Positions 41,453 to 50,639 of a stretch of 64,000 nucleotides of DNA are shown here, one piece after another. Position 1 is the first letter of the stretch. Each line of letters begins with the position of its first letter. Location: positions 76,165 to 140,164 of IMG/VR virus record IMGVR_UViG_3300010165_000001; one strand, given 5' to 3'. Position numbers and translations under genes: made by a program. The notes under the pieces were generated by a model that saw nothing but the letters and a program-made list of their open reading frames with translations, was not told the origin of the DNA and ran no database searches. This stretch comes from a virus.

Positions 41453-41746
41453 TTATTTCTCTTCAGTTTTTTTAGTTGTTTTACGTGCAGTTGTTTTTCT
41501 AGTAGTTCCTGTTGTCTTTTTAGTTGTTGAAGTTTTTCCCTCTTCTTTAGAATCTTCTTTATTCTCTGACTTAGATTGTGATTTATTAGTAGATTTTGAC
41601 TCTTCTGCTTGTTCAAAATTAAATCCATTTAAAAGAATATCTTCATCTGCTTTCTTTAATCCTTTAACTAATCCAAATTCATCAACTGTAACTTCTCCTA
41701 CTACAGTTTGAACTTTTTTATTAAATGAGCCTTTATATTTTAGCAT
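41453..41746 (-). CDS. hypothetical protein (97 aa) with Lys/Thr-rich basic tail
   Basis: ORF track; first gene after the capsid terminator. Confidence 0.5.
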   Translation of the reverse strand: MLKYKGSFNKKVQTVVGEVTVDEFGLVKGLKKADEDILLNGFNFEQAEESKSTNKSQSKSENKEDSKEEGKTSTTKKTTGTTRKTTARKTTKKTEEK

Positions 41747-41773
41747 ATATTAGTATCCTTTCTTTTATTATAA

Positions 41774-41804
41774 TAAAAAAAGCTAAGGTTATATGACCTT
41801 AGCT
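41774..41804 (-). terminator. rho-independent terminator after the major capsid gene
   Basis: AGCTAAGGT/ACCTTAGCT stem plus T7 on the minus strand. Confidence 0.8.
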
Positions 41805-41845
41805 TATTGAGTTGTATTAAATTGTTATTTAAAGTGTTTATTAAA

Positions 41846-43270
41846 TTAGTGTGCGTATGGGTTAACTGCTGTGTAACGAACGTTTTTAATACGAGCCCAT
41901 TTTTTAGGTGCACGTAATGCTAAAGCACCATACCATAATACTGCAAATGTAATTGAAGCATTAATTTGAGCTAATGGTAATCTCATCATTGGAAGTAACT
42001 CGAATAAGTGAATTACTGTTGGAGTTAATTCACCAACGAATACATCTGCTGTTTCTGGTAAGTTTTCGTTACGGTCTAAGTACACAATGTTTCCTTCTTC
42101 GTTTTGTTGAGAAACTGCTACTCTATCGATTAGGTAGAATAAACCAGTGTTTTTACCTTGACGGTAAATAGAAACGAATTGAGGTTGAGATTGATACATA
42201 GATTGTAATTGAATAGTTAATTCAACTGCATCTGTAGCATTTGAAACTTGTGCTTGTACTTCTTCACTAGCATAAGATTTAGCTTCATCTGAGTTTACTA
42301 CTACTTTGTAGTTAACTTCAGTTTCTTGTGGGTCGTCAAATTTACCTTTTTGGTCTGTTTGAACAGTAGCACTTACTTTAGCTGGTTGAGGTGCATTTGG
42401 TTTTGGTTGAACTGATTCGTCTAAAATTAAGTCATTTTCCATTACAGTAGAACCATGTAAAGCAATGTGTCCACGTACTGAGTTAAATCCTTGTACGTTG
42501 TAACCTGCTGTTAAGTTACCACTGTTGTCTGACATTAATTGACGTTGGTTAGAAAGCATATCGTTTACGAATTCTGCATGTACACCTAAAGGCATGAAAG
42601 CATCTGTAGGTTGTCCGAAACCTTTAGAAATGTGAACTGCTGCATCATTTAATAATAATTGGTCTAATGCTTTACCTTTTGCATCAATTACGTTTTCTTT
42701 AGAAATTAATTTAACTAAACCATCAAATTCAAGTCCGCCTTCGTTAGTTGGTTCACTTGATAATGAAGCATCACCATAGAATGAAGCCCACTCAATGTTT
42801 TTAGCAACTGTTACAATTGCATCTTCTGTCAAGATTTGAGCAGGGTCTTCAACGTTGTTTACTAACGTTGTAGCGATTGACATGTTACGAGTAGAACTTA
42901 CGTATTTCATGTTAACGGTCTTTTGACGGATGTTAGGGTCTGATACAGGTGCTACGCCGATTTCACGAACGAAACCTGAGTGACCTACTTCACCATGGTT
43001 TAAGTAAACGTCATATTTCATAACTGTTGATTGAGCTGGACGTTTAGTAATTTGTCTGAAGAAAATCAAGTCTTCATTAGTATAAGTAAGCATTGTAATT
43101 TGGTCATCTAAAATTTCTCTACGTAAAGCTCCTGCATCAATTTGTGTATCAGGAGTAATTCCGTATCCTGTTTGGAATGATTTTGACAATTGTTCTTGCA
43201 AGTTTTCAGCGAATTCACGTTGACTTGGTTTTAACTTTTGTTCAAAACCGTTTTTATTTTCTTCGGTCAT
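41846..43270 (-). CDS. major capsid protein (474 aa)
   Basis: Protease, acidic scaffold-like protein, then this ORF is the canonical order. Size is close to the roughly 463-aa K-type capsid protein, and it has its own strong terminator. Confidence 0.75.
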   Translation of the reverse strand: MTEENKNGFEQKLKPSQREFAENLQEQLSKSFQTGYGITPDTQIDAGALRREILDDQITMLTYTNEDLIFFRQITKRPAQSTVMKYDVYLNHGEVGHSGFVREIGVAPVSDPNIRQKTVNMKYVSSTRNMSIATTLVNNVEDPAQILTEDAIVTVAKNIEWASFYGDASLSSEPTNEGGLEFDGLVKLISKENVIDAKGKALDQLLLNDAAVHISKGFGQPTDAFMPLGVHAEFVNDMLSNQRQLMSDNSGNLTAGYNVQGFNSVRGHIALHGSTVMENDLILDESVQPKPNAPQPAKVSATVQTDQKGKFDDPQETEVNYKVVVNSDEAKSYASEEVQAQVSNATDAVELTIQLQSMYQSQPQFVSIYRQGKNTGLFYLIDRVAVSQQNEEGNIVYLDRNENLPETADVFVGELTPTVIHLFELLPMMRLPLAQINASITFAVLWYGALALRAPKKWARIKNVRYTAVNPYAH

Positions 43271-43355
43271 TTATTATTCACCTTTCATTTATATGTTTTT
43301 TAAAAGTTTAAATTTTATTTCACTTCGTACTATAATATAACATAAGTTTTACTGT

Positions 43356-44375
43356 TTACTCTAAACCTGCAAAACGTTTGATATTTTGTACTTGGTCTTC
43401 AGTTGCTACACCATTTTGCCAATTGATATAGTCTTGACGAGCAATTTCAATTTCGTTGTTACGTGGTGATTTTGAAGCACGTTCAGTAAATTGTTTCATG
43501 AAAGCACTTCTAAGTTTAGCATTTTCTTCATCTTTGTTATCTTGTGCTTGTTCTTCAGTAACTTGTTCTTGTGGAGCATCTTCTACAGAGCTATCTCCTT
43601 CTACTGATTTAGAAACAATACCTTCAGCTTTTTCACCTTTAGCAACTGTTTCAGCAGTAGCTGATTTTTGAACTACATCTTCTTCATTAGATTCTTCATT
43701 CATGTAGTCAGTTGATTTAGAAATTGGAGCTTCTTCTTTAGCTTCAATTTTTTCATTTAACTCTTGAATAGAATCTTGAATTTTTTCTAAGTCTGATTTA
43801 GTAACAAATTCTTTTCTGTCTTCATTTAATGATTCTAAGTTTTTAAGAATAGAATTAAATCCTTTTAATACTTGTTCATCAGAGATTGATTTTTTAGCTT
43901 CTTCTTTTTTGTTCTTACGTTTCTCGTTGTCTTTATCTTCTGTGTTAGTATCTGTATGGTCTACAGGGTCTTTAGATTCTTTTTTAGATTTCTCTTTATC
44001 TTCTGAATCTTCATCTTCTGAATCATCAGAGTCTTCATCATCTTTTTCGTTCTTACGTTTCTTGTTGTCTTTATCTTCAGTGTTAGTGTCTTTTTGGTCT
44101 ACTGGGTCGTTAGATTCTTTTTTAGATTTCTCTACTTCTTCTGAATCTTCACCTTCAACATGTTGTTCTTCTAAGTTCTTTTGGTCTTCTTTATTTTTCT
44201 CATCTTGCTCTTCAGTACCTTCTACTTTAGTAGGTTCTTTAGGTTCTTCTTGTGCATCAGCAGGTACTTGTTCATCTTCACCTTGTGCTTTGGTTACGTC
44301 TTCCGACTTAGTAACCTCTTCTTTATTTAGATTTTCGTACTTATCTAAAATATTATCAAATTCTGTACTAGCCAT
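43356..44375 (-). CDS. highly acidic scaffold-like protein (339 aa)
   Basis: Asp/Glu/Lys-rich and located between protease and capsid genes; ATGA overlap with the protease stop. Confidence 0.6.
   Translation of the reverse strand: MASTEFDNILDKYENLNKEEVTKSEDVTKAQGEDEQVPADAQEEPKEPTKVEGTEEQDEKNKEDQKNLEEQHVEGEDSEEVEKSKKESNDPVDQKDTNTEDKDNKKRKNEKDDEDSDDSEDEDSEDKEKSKKESKDPVDHTDTNTEDKDNEKRKNKKEEAKKSISDEQVLKGFNSILKNLESLNEDRKEFVTKSDLEKIQDSIQELNEKIEAKEEAPISKSTDYMNEESNEEDVVQKSATAETVAKGEKAEGIVSKSVEGDSSVEDAPQEQVTEEQAQDNKDEENAKLRSAFMKQFTERASKSPRNNEIEIARQDYINWQNGVATEDQVQNIKRFAGLE
43911..44133 (-). repeat. in-frame duplication (two roughly 85-nt units, period 138 nt) inside the scaffold-like gene
   Basis: gttcttacgtttct.gttgtctttatcttc.gtgttagt.tct...ggtctac.gggtc.ttagattcttttttagatttctc occurs at 43911 and 44049. 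It encodes KSKKES(N/K)DPVD..DTNTEDKDN.KRKN twice. Confidence 0.7.
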
Positions 44376-45163
44376 TATTTTTCTCCTTCCGAATCTAATT
44401 CGTTTCGTCTTATATCTAAAACTGCTTTTTCAGCATCTTTTCTTGATAATCCTTTTGCTAACTGTAATGTAACAATAGATTCCTCATAACCTAGTTTATT
44501 ATTTTTAGACATGTAATTAACTACATCTTTCCATAATTTATCTAAGTCTTTAGGATTTTGAAGGCTTGTAGAATATGTTAGGTTAGAAATACTACTTGAA
44601 ATTTGTTCTCTTCTTAATGCTCCTGCATCTTGTTGTGTTTCTGGTGTTGTACCATAACCTGTAACAAATGATTTAACAAATTTCTCCCATGTAGCTTCAG
44701 GATTTGCAGGATGTGCAGTTAAAGCTACACCACTAATCATAACAGAATCTATAATTCTATTATCATTAACATTTCTACTCTTCACTGCTCCTTCTATAGA
44801 GAATCCTAATCTACGTCCTGAGCCTGTCTTTTGTAATTTCTCTGCTAAATCTAACATCTTAATAACTTTATCATTATCCTTAAACAATTTAGCTTCAATG
44901 TATAATCCTTTATTCATATCTACATAACAATTTTCTGAAGGAATACCTACGATTTGGTCAGGTTGATGTTCATAGTTAACATATCCATGCTTTTTGAAGT
45001 ATTCTATATCTATCCCTTTAGGGTTTACAATATCATTTTGTAAATCTAAGTTAGGTGTTGAAGCCCAACCAGATACTGTAGAGAATTCTCTAGTGTCATT
45101 TTCTACCTCTGTAGACTTCTCTAAATCTAAAGGAACAAAAGTATTAAATTTTGTCTCTTCCAA
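44375..45163 (-). CDS. prohead maturation protease (HK97/U35-like)
   Basis: The pattern VSGWASTPNLDLQNDIV ... YEHQPDQIVG ... GFSIEG fits prohead serine proteases. TTG start at 45163. Confidence 0.75.
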   Translation of the reverse strand: MEETKFNTFVPLDLEKSTEVENDTREFSTVSGWASTPNLDLQNDIVNPKGIDIEYFKKHGYVNYEHQPDQIVGIPSENCYVDMNKGLYIEAKLFKDNDKVIKMLDLAEKLQKTGSGRRLGFSIEGAVKSRNVNDNRIIDSVMISGVALTAHPANPEATWEKFVKSFVTGYGTTPETQQDAGALRREQISSSISNLTYSTSLQNPKDLDKLWKDVVNYMSKNNKLGYEESIVTLQLAKGLSRKDAEKAVLDIRRNELDSEGEK

Positions 45164-45321
45164 AAGGTTTTACACCTCTCTTATGCTATATTTTTCAAAT
45201 ACATATGTGTACTCTCTACATAATATAACATTATTAACTTTCTTGTTGATTTTATTATGTATATTTATCTTATACATTTGCTATACATTTATTATAGCAT
45301 ATAATCCTTTTTTTACAAAAT

Positions 45322-45348
45322 AAAAAAAAGACTACTTTAATAGTAGTC
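45322..45348 (-). terminator. rho-independent terminator upstream of the protease gene
   Basis: GACTACT/AGTAGTC stem plus T8 on the minus strand, directly after the stop at 45352. Confidence 0.75.
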
Positions 45349-45351
45349 AAT

Positions 45352-45786
45352 TTATTCTAAATTAATATCTTTTTCATTTTGTTTACTCATATGTTTTTCA
45401 TAATCATTAATATATGTTATTTGGTATCCTGTGTAATTTTTAATACATGTTGTTTTATACTCACTTTCTACGTATACATTTTTACCTTCTTCTAACTGAT
45501 TAAATACAGTATTAAGTTGTTCATTTGTATAATGTTCATTATTTAAATTAACTACACATGCTTGTATATATATTTCTATATACTTTATAGGGTTAGGTTC
45601 TTCTTTACCCAAAAGTTTGTCAATCCTTTCTAAGATACTTTTATTAAACTTTTCTCGTTCTTTCATTATCTTTTGTACCTCACTAGGTATTAATACAGTA
45701 TTTGCATATTGCATATGCCATAAATATCCATTATCTAATAAATAATAGACAAGATTGTAAATTTCTCGTTTGTTGTAGTCACTCAC
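45352..45786 (-). CDS. hypothetical protein (144 aa)
   Basis: GTG start 9 nt after AAAGGAG; flanked by terminators on both sides. Confidence 0.55.
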   Translation of the reverse strand: MSDYNKREIYNLVYYLLDNGYLWHMQYANTVLIPSEVQKIMKEREKFNKSILERIDKLLGKEEPNPIKYIEIYIQACVVNLNNEHYTNEQLNTVFNQLEEGKNVYVESEYKTTCIKNYTGYQITYINDYEKHMSKQNEKDINLE

Positions 45787-45830
45787 ATAGCAATACTCCT
45801 TTCACGTATTATATTTCTAATATAATAAAG

Positions 45831-45858
45831 AAAAAAGACTAGGATATTATCCTAGTCT
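45831..45858 (-). terminator. rho-independent terminator after the IsaA-like gene
   Basis: AGACTAGGAT/ATCCTAGTCT 10-bp stem plus a T-run on the minus strand. Confidence 0.8.
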
Positions 45859-45864
45859 TAGATA

Positions 45865-46599
45865 TTAATAATAGTTATGAGCATCATGGTAAGAAAGGGC
45901 TGCACTTGTTGAACCATAACGGTCAATCATATATTGTTTAGCTCCTTTAGTTTGTTCAGCTACTGAACCATTAGCCCAATTTTTGCCAAGACCTTGGAAA
46001 AGTCCAGTCGCACCAGATGAAGCATTAACAGCATTTGGATTTAATGTAGATTCTCTTTTAGCAATTTCTACCATTGCTTGGTCTCCACCTGCTGCTAAGA
46101 TTTGAGCTTCAATTGAACCGTTACTTGCAGTTGATTTAGATGAAGTTTCTTGTTTAACTTCTTGCTTAGGTGCTTCTACCTTTTTAGGTGCTTCTACCTT
46201 TTTAGGTTGTTCATTTGAACTTGTTGCTTTATTAGTATTGATTTCATTTTGAGTATCAAATTGTGATTGTTGTTGGTCTACTTTTTGTTTAGGTGCATTA
46301 TAAGCTTGTTCTTGTGCTGCTAATTGTGAACTTGTATTATTTACCTGTGTTCCTACATGATACTCATAACCAAAGTAACCATTATAACTGTAGAAATGAT
46401 AAGTAAATTCCCCATCGCTGAATGAGAAATCATAGTTTCCTTCTTGGATAGGTTCGTTGTTAATTTCTGGTGCATTTGTTTTAGCTTGTTCTGCTAATTT
46501 ATTATAATCAATTTCGTCTGCACTAGCTTCGTTTGAAGCAAAACCTCCAAAAGTAATAGCTGTACCTAATGCTAATGTTGCAAAAATTGTTTTCTTCAT
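45865..46599 (-). CDS. secreted IsaA/SceD-like lytic transglycosylase (244 aa)
   Basis: Signal peptide MKKTIFATLALGTAITFGGFASNEASA. The N-terminal PIQEGNYDFSFSDGEFTYHF block and C-terminal IAKRESTLNPNAVNASSGATGLFQ (ES...GLFQ transglycosylase motif) parallel S. aureus IsaA as I recall it. Confidence 0.75.
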   Translation of the reverse strand: MKKTIFATLALGTAITFGGFASNEASADEIDYNKLAEQAKTNAPEINNEPIQEGNYDFSFSDGEFTYHFYSYNGYFGYEYHVGTQVNNTSSQLAAQEQAYNAPKQKVDQQQSQFDTQNEINTNKATSSNEQPKKVEAPKKVEAPKQEVKQETSSKSTASNGSIEAQILAAGGDQAMVEIAKRESTLNPNAVNASSGATGLFQGLGKNWANGSVAEQTKGAKQYMIDRYGSTSAALSYHDAHNYY

Positions 46600-46763
46600 A
46601 ATTCTTAAAACTCCTTAATTAATTTTTTTTATTACATAAGTAATCATAACATACTTATGATTTTCTCACAAGCTATAATATACCACTAAATAGTGTAATA
46701 ATATTAAGGTTTAGTTACAAAAGTTACAGTATGTAATTATTCAGAATATTATAACAGACAAAT

Positions 46764-46791
46764 AAAAAAAAGAGACCTGTAAATAGGTCTC
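46764..46791 (-). terminator. rho-independent terminator after the endolysin gene
   Basis: GAGACCT/AGGTCTC stem plus T8 on the minus strand. Confidence 0.8.
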
Positions 46792-46803
46792 TCTTAATTT
46801 CTA

Positions 46804-49569
46804 TTATTTAATTGAACCCCAAAGCTTTCCTAAGCCTTGATTTGGAGGAGCTACGCCATTCCATGTACGTATAGGAAGATAATATCTTTTCCCTTTCCAA
46901 GTATAACCTACCCACACTAAAAAATCTTGCAACATAACTTCATCATAATCACAGTAACCTCCTGGTTGGAAGTTATAAGCTACTGGACAACTTCTAAATG
47001 GACCAGTTGTTCTAACTACAATAGGTTGATTACCATTAGTAAATCTAGCTTTCTCACTCATATACCACGTACCATAACTATTACGTTTCCATTTTCCTGC
47101 TACAGTTGATTTAGTATTACTTGCAGAACCTGTTTTATTAGATACAGTAGCTGTTGGTACTTTACCTGCTTGATAAGCTCTGATTTGCTTGATGAAATAA
47201 TCTTTAAGTTTAAGTTGTATTGCTTTTGAAGGTACGCCTTGTGTCACAGGGTCGAAACCAGTGTGTAGTTTCATACTTCTGTGAGGGCAGCTAGTCTGTG
47301 AAAATTCCATATGGAGTCTCACTGTATTACGGTTGGCTTTTAACCCCCACTTATTTAATAAACGTGCAGTTTCTTGAAATGCTGCTTGTTCATTTGCTAG
47401 GAATACTTTATCACTTGCACCAATAGATTGACATATCTCTATACCATAATAATTTTTATTACCATTTTGGTTAGCTGTATGCCATGCTATACGACTTTCT
47501 GGTAGTGCTTGATATACTGTATTACCACTGATATATGAATGAGCTACACCTGCTTCTAATCGAGATAAAGGTGCATTTACTAATCCATTATGATACGCTT
47601 CTGCTGTTGCACCTACACTACCCGCATCATTGTGTAGAACAATGCCTTTAGGTGTATATCCACGATTAGGTAAACGATAACCTTTTACTTCATCACGAAT
47701 ATAAGTTAGTTTTTTAGCTTTTTTCTTAGCTGTTGATTTTTTAGTTGTTGTTTTTTTAGTTGTTGTTTTTTTAGTTGTTGTTTTTTTACTTGGAGTTTTC
47801 GTTTTTGCCTCTTCTTTGTAATATGGTCTAATGAACCATTGAGGAAAATCGTATGTGTGTGTTACTCTTGTTGCTGCTTCCCAACCTGTTCCTCCTTTAG
47901 CTGAACCGCTTGTCCAACCTCCGCCTTGCCAATTCTGGTCAAGACTTACAAACTTCATTAAGTTTCCGTCAGCATTTCCATTTAAAACTATAGATACGTG
48001 ACCATACCCGCCACCGTAGGATGAGTTAAAAATTGCCAAGTCACCTGGTTTAGCTTTAAATGAAGATGTATTATTATATACCTTAGCTATACCTTTAAAA
48101 TTATTTGAGTTAGGTATGTCTTTTGCTCCTACACCTTTAAGACTTAAACCAAATAATTTATTCCAATATTCGTTAGCTAGGTCAAAACACTGGTACCCGT
48201 ACCCGATATGTTTACTAAGAACCCTTTCCATTTATATATTTCTATATAAACTTGTATAAATTCATAGTGATTATTAATTAATCCTTATAGGTTTCCTATA
48301 AGACCAGACTATATCATTATATAGGTTAAATAAATTTAAAAGTATACTTTTTTCCCTCTATGTTTTTACAGAATTCCCTTTTTCCTTCTGCTACTTCTTT
48401 AATATGACTTAGTGTAGCTATATTTAAAGACCTTTTTACCTCAGCCATAGATTTATATTCTTTATTTGTCTCAAAACAATAAAATTTAAGTGTTCCTCTA
48501 CCATCTTTATAATACTTATCATATATATTATACCTTTTTGCTAAAGTTATTACATAACCTAGGTCTACATTATATTTTTTAGATATTTGAAAAGCATTTA
48601 TACCTTTTTTGTAATCTTCTAGTATTTTCAATATATTCATATCTTTACCTTCTATTATAAGTTCTAGTATACTTTCTTTTCTTTTTCATCTATCGAAGGT
48701 AAAATACTCTCTTTTATTGAATCCTCTATATATTTAAAATAACTTTTAGAACAATCGAGTTCAACTAATTTTATATTATTTTCTTCACAATACTGTCTTT
48801 TTTCTTCATCAGATTGTTTAGTATTTTTATAAGAATCTACCCAATTAGAACTAATATTATTTGTATAATGTTGTTCACCATGTGTTTCGATTGCTATGTT
48901 TAGTTTTGGTAAATAAAAATCTATAAATCTATTTTTATTGTGAAGTTTATATTGATGTTCAAATTCTATATCTTTAGTCTTTAAATAAGAATATATAAAT
49001 CTTTCAGGGTAGCTCATGTAGTCTTTACAGTAAGGACAAGAAAAACCATTATTATATAAGTTATGTGCCCGAACCTTCTTTTCATATTTACAAATAGGAC
49101 ATACACAATCTATATACCTATCACTACCTCTACTGTAGTATTTTGCATCATTTTTATTTTTAAAATATTTTAATAAATGTGTTTCATTATAGAGGGAATT
49201 TTCTTTTTTTTACTCTTATGTTTTCACCTTTAAATTTCATTTTACATTTCTCCTATATACTCATCACTGTCCGTCAATTGACGATACTTAGTCGTTGAAC
49301 CTTATTCTTCTTTCACTATATCATGAGAATAAATTAATGTCAATAGTTAATCCAAAGAATCTTGGCTGCTGATTGCCTAATCCTTAGTATTTTTGAACTA
49401 TCACGCTTACCGTTACCAGTTACGTTGTAGTTACTAAGGCTCTAAAGGGTTCCCAGCAATTCAATGAGTTTTACATGGACTCGTAAGTTAATCCATCAAA
49501 ATCTATTTTCTTACCTTCTAAACTTTTGACAAATGCTACTGCTTCTTTTTCTGTGAGTTTTGCAACCAT
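46804..49569 (-). CDS. endolysin (CHAP, amidase_2, SH3b), two exons: 49569-49491 and 48203-46804
   Basis: Exon 1 ([26 protein letters not shown]) starts 1 nt after the holin stop. Splicing gives [23 protein letters not shown], parallel to the phi11-type lysin N-terminus as I recall it. Amidase (HNDAGS...) and SH3_5-like C-terminus follow; predicted length 492 aa. Confidence 0.8.
48326..49240 (-). pseudogene. zinc-finger plus Vsr/PD-(D/E)XK-like homing endonuclease gene broken into three reading frames
   Basis: ATG at 49240 after GGAGA. The frame is lost in an A8 run (49204-49211) and resumes through CPICK...CPYCK into ORF 48664-49017 (DFYLP...IETHGEQH). A stop follows, then ORF 48326-48640 (HTH plus C-terminal DNA-binding module) in a third frame. 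Confidence 0.65.
49315..49343 (-). promoter_or_regulatory. SigA-type promoter inside the lysin intron, upstream of the endonuclease gene
   Basis: On the minus strand: TTGACA (49343-49338), 17 nt, TATAGT (49320-49315), in the shared context ctATTGACATTa. Confidence 0.65.
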
Positions 49570-49570
49570 C

Positions 49571-50128
49571 TTATTTATCATCCCTTTCTAAATTGTCAGG
49601 GTCAATTGTAGTATCTAATGGTGTATCATCATGAAGTTTACTTCCACCTAAAGGTGTACTATCGTCATCTTCATACTCAGAAACATCATATTCTACCTCG
49701 TCTGAATCATCTGTAAAAGGTTCAGAAGTATCGAATTCTTCTGGTTCTTTTTCTTTACGCTCTGGAGCTACATCTGCAAGTGAACTATCATTTTGCCATT
49801 GAACAAATTCGTTAGGGTCTTTATCATTTCTAGGTTTTGTGTAATCAGTTCTTACAATCTCACTATCTTTTGCACCCTTACTGTTAGGGTCTACTGAAAC
49901 ACCTAACAATCCAAGGATTAAGAAAATAAACTCAATAATTTTACTTGAGTTAGCTGTGATATCGTCTACTTGAGCTGATAAGTCTACACCTATTAATCCA
50001 CCGAATGATACAGCAGCACTACCTAAAATACCTACAACACCTGTCCAAAAATAAGGACTACGTACACGTGTAGATAAGTTTTGACCTAAAAATACTTTAG
50101 GCTTTTTCTGTTTAGTATCTTTTGACAC
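49571..50128 (-). CDS. large holin (185 aa), HolTW-like
   Basis: Two hydrophobic segments (WTGVVGILGSAAVSFGGLIGV; IIEFIFLILGLLGVSV) and an acidic C-terminal tail. Immediately precedes the lysin. GTG start after AGGAGTGA. Same length as the published Twort holin. Confidence 0.75.
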   Translation of the reverse strand: MSKDTKQKKPKVFLGQNLSTRVRSPYFWTGVVGILGSAAVSFGGLIGVDLSAQVDDITANSSKIIEFIFLILGLLGVSVDPNSKGAKDSEIVRTDYTKPRNDKDPNEFVQWQNDSSLADVAPERKEKEPEEFDTSEPFTDDSDEVEYDVSEYEDDDSTPLGGSKLHDDTPLDTTIDPDNLERDDK

Positions 50129-50154
50129 TATCTATCACTCCTATAATATTATAT

Positions 50155-50191
50155 AAAAAAATCCATTAAAGACTTTTAATCTTCAATGGAT
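50155..50191 (-). terminator. rho-independent terminator upstream of the lysis cassette
   Basis: ATCCATT/AATGGAT stem plus T7 on the minus strand, after the stop at 50204. Confidence 0.6.
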
Positions 50192-50203
50192 AATATAGCA
50201 ATT

Positions 50204-50389
50204 TTATTCTACTATTGTATTTAATTTTTTAATAATATCGGAAGTCTCTTTTGTATCAAAATCTGATAGACTAACTCCATCAAGGATTTCTAACTTATCT
50301 AATAAGTCTTGTTTGTCTTTAATTTTATCTTCCATTAAACCTTTTACAATTAAACTATTTACATAGTTAGTTTGTTTATAACTAGCCAT
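50204..50389 (-). CDS. hypothetical protein (61 aa)
   Basis: ORF track; overlaps the upstream ORF by 8 nt. Confidence 0.45.
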   Translation of the reverse strand: MASYKQTNYVNSLIVKGLMEDKIKDKQDLLDKLEILDGVSLSDFDTKETSDIIKKLNTIVE

Positions 50390-50618
50390 TTAAAATAACT
50401 TCCTCATTCACTTTTATTTCTTTTAATTTACAATCAATATTAATTACATATTTATATTGACTAATATATTTCTGTGCTAATTCTTTAGTGCTAAAGTAAT
50501 ATTCTTCTTTTGATATAGAAACATTTCCTTCTTCTTTCGAGTTATCTACTTGAATATCAGAAACTTTTTTATACTTAGTTACTTTAAATATACTAAACTT
50601 AGGTAATTTTTTATCCAT
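50382..50618 (-). CDS. hypothetical protein (78 aa)
   Basis: ORF track; AGAGGGGA Shine-Dalgarno-like string upstream of the ATG. Confidence 0.5.
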   Translation of the reverse strand: MDKKLPKFSIFKVTKYKKVSDIQVDNSKEEGNVSISKEEYYFSTKELAQKYISQYKYVINIDCKLKEIKVNEEVILNG

Positions 50619-50639
50619 ATTAAATCCCCTCTCATCAGA

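Larger units (their letters stand above)
48204..49490 (-). mobile_element. group I intron (1287 nt) in the endolysin gene carrying a degenerate homing endonuclease gene
   Basis: P1 pairing: exon AUGGAU(U) with intron GAGUCCAU, U.G at the splice site, intron ends in G. Core strings GGCAAUCAGCAGCCAAG, GGUUCAACGACUAAG and, at the 3' end, AUGAUAUAGUCUGG. Confidence 0.75.

Noticed and set aside
41410-41628. Track ORF 72 aa overlapping 41453-41746 and the start of 40529-41440
   Set aside because: It is an alternative frame within a Lys-rich low-complexity region, and the 97-aa frame has the better start context.
294-45323. Many 60-190-aa plus-strand ORFs inside the minus-strand genes (for example 494-841, 6030-6389, 19574-19948, 43909-44472, 44994-45323)
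   Set aside because: All are antisense to long, motif-bearing or syntenic genes. They are Ser/Leu/Phe-rich, as expected for the reverse frame of Lys/Glu-rich coding DNA, and have no RBS.
47700-47800. Tandem aaaaaaacaacaact-type repeats in the lysin gene as a non-coding repeat or slippage site
   Set aside because: In frame, they encode the Lys/Thr-rich inter-domain linker ([17 protein letters not shown]) between the CHAP and amidase domains. This is an ordinary linker expansion.
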